Position numbers and translations under genes: made by a program. A stretch of DNA of 64,000 nucleotides from an uncultured virus (IMG/VR IMGVR_UViG_3300014073_000001) (Duplodnaviria; Heunggongvirae; Uroviricota; Caudoviricetes), in IMG/VR virus record IMGVR_UViG_3300014073_000001. One strand, given 5' to 3'. The first letter of the stretch is position 1; each line of letters begins with the position of its first letter. Below, one piece after another: positions 61,279 through 64,000 of this stretch. Below the pieces are notes generated by a model that was not told the origin of the DNA, did not search any database, and saw nothing but the letters and a program-made list of their open reading frames with translations.

Positions 61279-61512
61279 TTAGTCATCCCTAAGATGCTCA
61301 GGACCCTGTTCTACTTACATAAATTTCTCTTGTGATATAACTTTAGCCATATATTCAGCAACAACTTTTCTCTCGCCACTTTCCTTCTTATCATGCCAGT
61401 AGCCATCATAATTGGATAAGCTTATCACGTTTTTTTAAGCTCCCTCATAGGCCTCCCAAGCTTTAGATATACCAGGTTACCTTTTGGAATCGCCAATGTG
61501 TTCTTCGCTCAT
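61279..61512 (-). pseudogene. Frameshifted, internally deleted remnant (possible terminase small subunit)
   Basis: AGGAGGTG RBS and ATG 61512 (MSEE...), then fragments GISKAWEAYE, KKRDKLIQL/MMAT and HDKKESGERKVVAEYMAKVISQEKF interrupted by stops and frameshifts. Confidence 0.4.
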
Positions 61513-61560
61513 ACTTGTCACCTCCTACGGCTTTCACGGAAATTGCCGGCTGTAGATAAC

Positions 61561-61566
61561 TATTAC
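61561..61566 (-). promoter_or_regulatory. GTAATA putative late-promoter element at head of morphogenesis operon
   Basis: About 49 nt upstream of ATG 61512. A second copy lies at 61667-61672. Confidence 0.45.
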
Positions 61567-61702
61567 ACTGAACCGAAGCCCTCATGTTTAATATTGATAT
61601 TTTGAGAGTATAACGTTCGTTGACTTTAATTCCCGACATTCTGTGATAGACATCTCTATTATCAGTTATTACTAGGCAAAATCAGCTATATCCAATGCAG
61701 GG

Positions 61703-61739
61703 AAAAAATAAAGGGCAGCTTTCGCTGCCCTTTATTTAT
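61703..61739. terminator. Rho-independent terminator (bidirectional)
   Basis: AAATAAAGGGCAGC-tttc-GCTGCCCTTTATTT flanked by A/T tracts. Confidence 0.75.
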
Positions 61740-62175
61740 CGCACATCCGTAAGTGCAACAATCTTACCGTAAGTATAAATTTTGTTAGTTTTAAGCCCAG
61801 AGGGATAGCCAGAGCCATCGGAAGCGCTCGTGATGATGTAGAATGCCCAAATAAACATTATTTGGCATCGTAATCCTGTGCTATTTTATAGCTTAGCAAC
61901 GGATGCCTCTTGATAACTGCCCACTCTTCATCATTAGATTTGCCCGGCATCGTCCATATGTAACGAGTTCTTCGAATTTTGCCAATATGATGTAATATCG
62001 CAGCCATTCCAAGTGTTGCAGTGGGCTTCTATCGAGGTCGCAGCATTTGCCAACAGACATCGAGATTAAACAGACATTAATTGAATGGTGAAAATGATAC
62101 GTATCAATAATCTAGTTCTCTTGCTATGTTTATGGCTACGTGCTTAACATCGCAAAAAGCTTATACGATTTTCAT
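61736..62175 (-). pseudogene. HD-GYP phosphodiesterase pseudogene
   Basis: Frameshifted fragments DTYHFHHSINVCLIS / LGMAAILHHIGK...PGKSNDEEWAVIKRHP / LGILHHHERF / DGSGYPSGLK...KIVALTDV. Confidence 0.8.
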
Positions 62176-62360
62176 AATATCACCCACCAAATTTTATCAC
62201 GATAATATTTAATATTACCTTACACTTTCATACTAAAATGCCAGAGGGAATCTTTTCACGGTGTTTTTTAAGCACAACTCTGGAAAAAATTGCAGGAGAT
62301 AAATAATATTTTGTAGAAATTAAATCTCTAAGGTTATTGTAGACAGAGGTGAAATTATAA

Positions 62361-63215
62361 ATGGCGGCTCGCACTAAAGAAAGAAATGCCAAGATAATCA
62401 GTTTTGGCATTCAAAAAGGCGGCGTAGGCAAAACAACTACGTCATCGATTATTACATATTTAATCGGCGAAAAGATGAAGAAGAAAATATTGCTCGTCGA
62501 CGTGGATTCGCAAGGAAATTCTACATTCTTCCTAACACGTCGAAGCATATACGACTTCGAGAACCGCACAACACTGGAGATGATCTCGGGGTACTTAGAT
62601 CCACACGAGTGTATCGTTGAAGTAACCAAAAACGTTCATGTTATACCTGCCGAGGATCGATTGAGCGATCTTGAGGAGTTTGTTTACGTTGAATGGCGAG
62701 ATAACAATAAATACTTGTTTGATAATTTTGCACATCTTAACATGCTTAAGCAAAGACTTGAACCATTGAGAAAGGAATACGACTATATCATCCTAGATTT
62801 GCCGCCAAGCACTGGCCTCGCGACCAGAATGGGATTAGTGGCCAGTGATTATGCTGTCGTCTTGATGTCTTGTGATATGCTCTGCTATGAGGCTGTTAAG
62901 CGATACTTCGGATTTCAAAGAGGTATAGTATCAAGAGGCTTCAATCCAGACTTACGGATTCTTGGCATCCTGCCGTCACTAATAAACAGTAGATATGGTA
63001 TTAACCAAGGTTTTCTACAAAAAGCCAACGAGGAGTATGATGCGTTAGTATTTGACGCCTTAATTCAGTCCAAGGTTAAAATTCAGGAATTCGCTGCCGA
63101 GGGCATATCCATGAAGCGAAAAGACGAGCGTGAGGCATTAGAACAATACGAAGAAGTTCTTAAGGAGGTATTGATGCGTGTCGACATCTACGAACAAGCA
63201 AAAGCAAAACAGTAA
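62361..63215 (+). CDS. parA: ParA/Soj family partition ATPase
   Basis: Deviant Walker A QKGGVGKTT, LLVDVDSQGN, YDYIILDLPP. Confidence 0.92.
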   Translation: MAARTKERNAKIISFGIQKGGVGKTTTSSIITYLIGEKMKKKILLVDVDSQGNSTFFLTRRSIYDFENRTTLEMISGYLDPHECIVEVTKNVHVIPAEDRLSDLEEFVYVEWRDNNKYLFDNFAHLNMLKQRLEPLRKEYDYIILDLPPSTGLATRMGLVASDYAVVLMSCDMLCYEAVKRYFGFQRGIVSRGFNPDLRILGILPSLINSRYGINQGFLQKANEEYDALVFDALIQSKVKIQEFAAEGISMKRKDEREALEQYEEVLKEVLMRVDIYEQAKAKQ

Positions 63216-64000
63216 ATTATCCAAGTTTGCAAGTATGGTCGTACCTGGAGGTCAAAATGCGCCGGAAATAAGAGATTTTGGTTTTAGTGGATTCGGACGT
63301 AGGGAAGAGATCGCTAGCGAACAACTAAAGACAGTTGAAGCTCCGTTACCAGGCTATAAACTAATGAAAGTAAAAATAAACCAAATCAATCCTGCGCCAA
63401 GAACCAGAGAATGGAATTTCTGGGAGGAACAATCTCACGAGGCAATAATCAGGAGAGCTATATCATTTCTGAATGAGGGTCAGTTGTCTCCTATCATCAT
63501 AAGAGAGTATAAATACAACGACCCATCTAAAAAGTACCAATGTCTAGCAGGCCATACTCGCACACAATCAGCCGAACTACTGGTAGAAGAAGGATATGAA
63601 GAATGGCAAGAGCTTTGGGCCTTTGTTTACCCAGAAGGAGCATGCGATGACCTACAGGCAAGAAGAATTATCCATTATTCAAATACAGAGCAGCGCACTA
63701 ACATGTCGGCGAAAGAAAAACTAAACTGCTTCATATTCGAATGGCTCGACGAAACCAATAGAGAAAGATCCCAAAACGCATCGCAGCTTATATCGAAGCT
63801 TGCCGAGAAATACAGTCTTAAGAAAACTCGCGCTTATGAGCTTAAAGCAATTGCTGAGAAGGTCATTCCAGAAATGAGAGATCTCATAATGGAAGATACT
63901 ATCACCCTACAGGATGCCAAACACATTGCAAAGATGGGAGCATCCATACAGAATCACTTATACAACAATTACAGGGATCGTTTTAGTCAAATAAAATTCA
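63178..64000 (+). CDS. parB: ParB-like (ParB/Srx N-terminal domain) partition protein, partial
   Basis: Not in the track because it runs off the right edge. GTG 63178 follows AAGGAGG and overlaps parA. KVKINQINPAP...WNF...GQLSPIIIR...YQCLAGHTR...SNTEQR motifs, then an HTH-like region. Confidence 0.8.
   Translation, partial: MSTSTNKQKQNSKLSKFASMVVPGGQNAPEIRDFGFSGFGRREEIASEQLKTVEAPLPGYKLMKVKINQINPAPRTREWNFWEEQSHEAIIRRAISFLNEGQLSPIIIREYKYNDPSKKYQCLAGHTRTQSAELLVEEGYEEWQELWAFVYPEGACDDLQARRIIHYSNTEQRTNMSAKEKLNCFIFEWLDETNRERSQNASQLISKLAEKYSLKKTRAYELKAIAEKVIPEMRDLIMEDTITLQDAKHIAKMGASIQNHLYNNYRDRFSQIKF

Larger units (their letters stand above)
1..62218 (-). mobile_element. Jumbo-myophage-derived structural gene cluster lacking head/packaging genes (tailocin/CIS-like or defective prophage)
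   Basis: Sheath, tube, chaperones, hub, spike, wedge and fibres are present and co-oriented. No intact capsid, portal or terminase is visible. Confidence 0.7.

Noticed and set aside
1..64000. Intact prophage; tRNA, rRNA, lysis or integrase genes
   Set aside because: No intact head or packaging genes, holin/endolysin, integrase or structural RNA genes are recognisable within the window. They could lie outside it.

Overview
This Bacillota-type window (strong GGAGG ribosome-binding sites) holds a ~61 kb, almost entirely minus-strand morphogenesis cluster resembling large/jumbo myophages, followed by a divergent parA-parB pair. In transcription order (right to left) it encodes neck/head-completion-like proteins, tail terminator, a 963-aa sheath, a tail tube plus two tube paralogs, two tail chaperones, a 312-aa and a 2545-aa putative virion protein, an insulated toxin-immunity-like pair, a ~2700-aa nuclease-hub fusion, spike, baseplate wedge/J proteins and a mosaic tail-fibre/receptor-binding region that runs off the left end. 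I see no intact capsid, portal, prohead protease or terminase. Where they would be expected there are short broken stubs (61279-61512, 60046-60183, 58688-58813) that read like N-terminus/C-terminus fusions of deleted packaging genes, while the tail genes keep long open frames. A GTAATA motif lies about 30-65 nt upstream of most transcription-unit starts, including the toxin gene. Best hypothesis: a domesticated, headless contractile tail derived from a jumbo phage (tailocin/CIS-like), possibly toxin-loaded and possibly plasmid-borne. Family assignments come from motif recognition and gene order, not from database searches.
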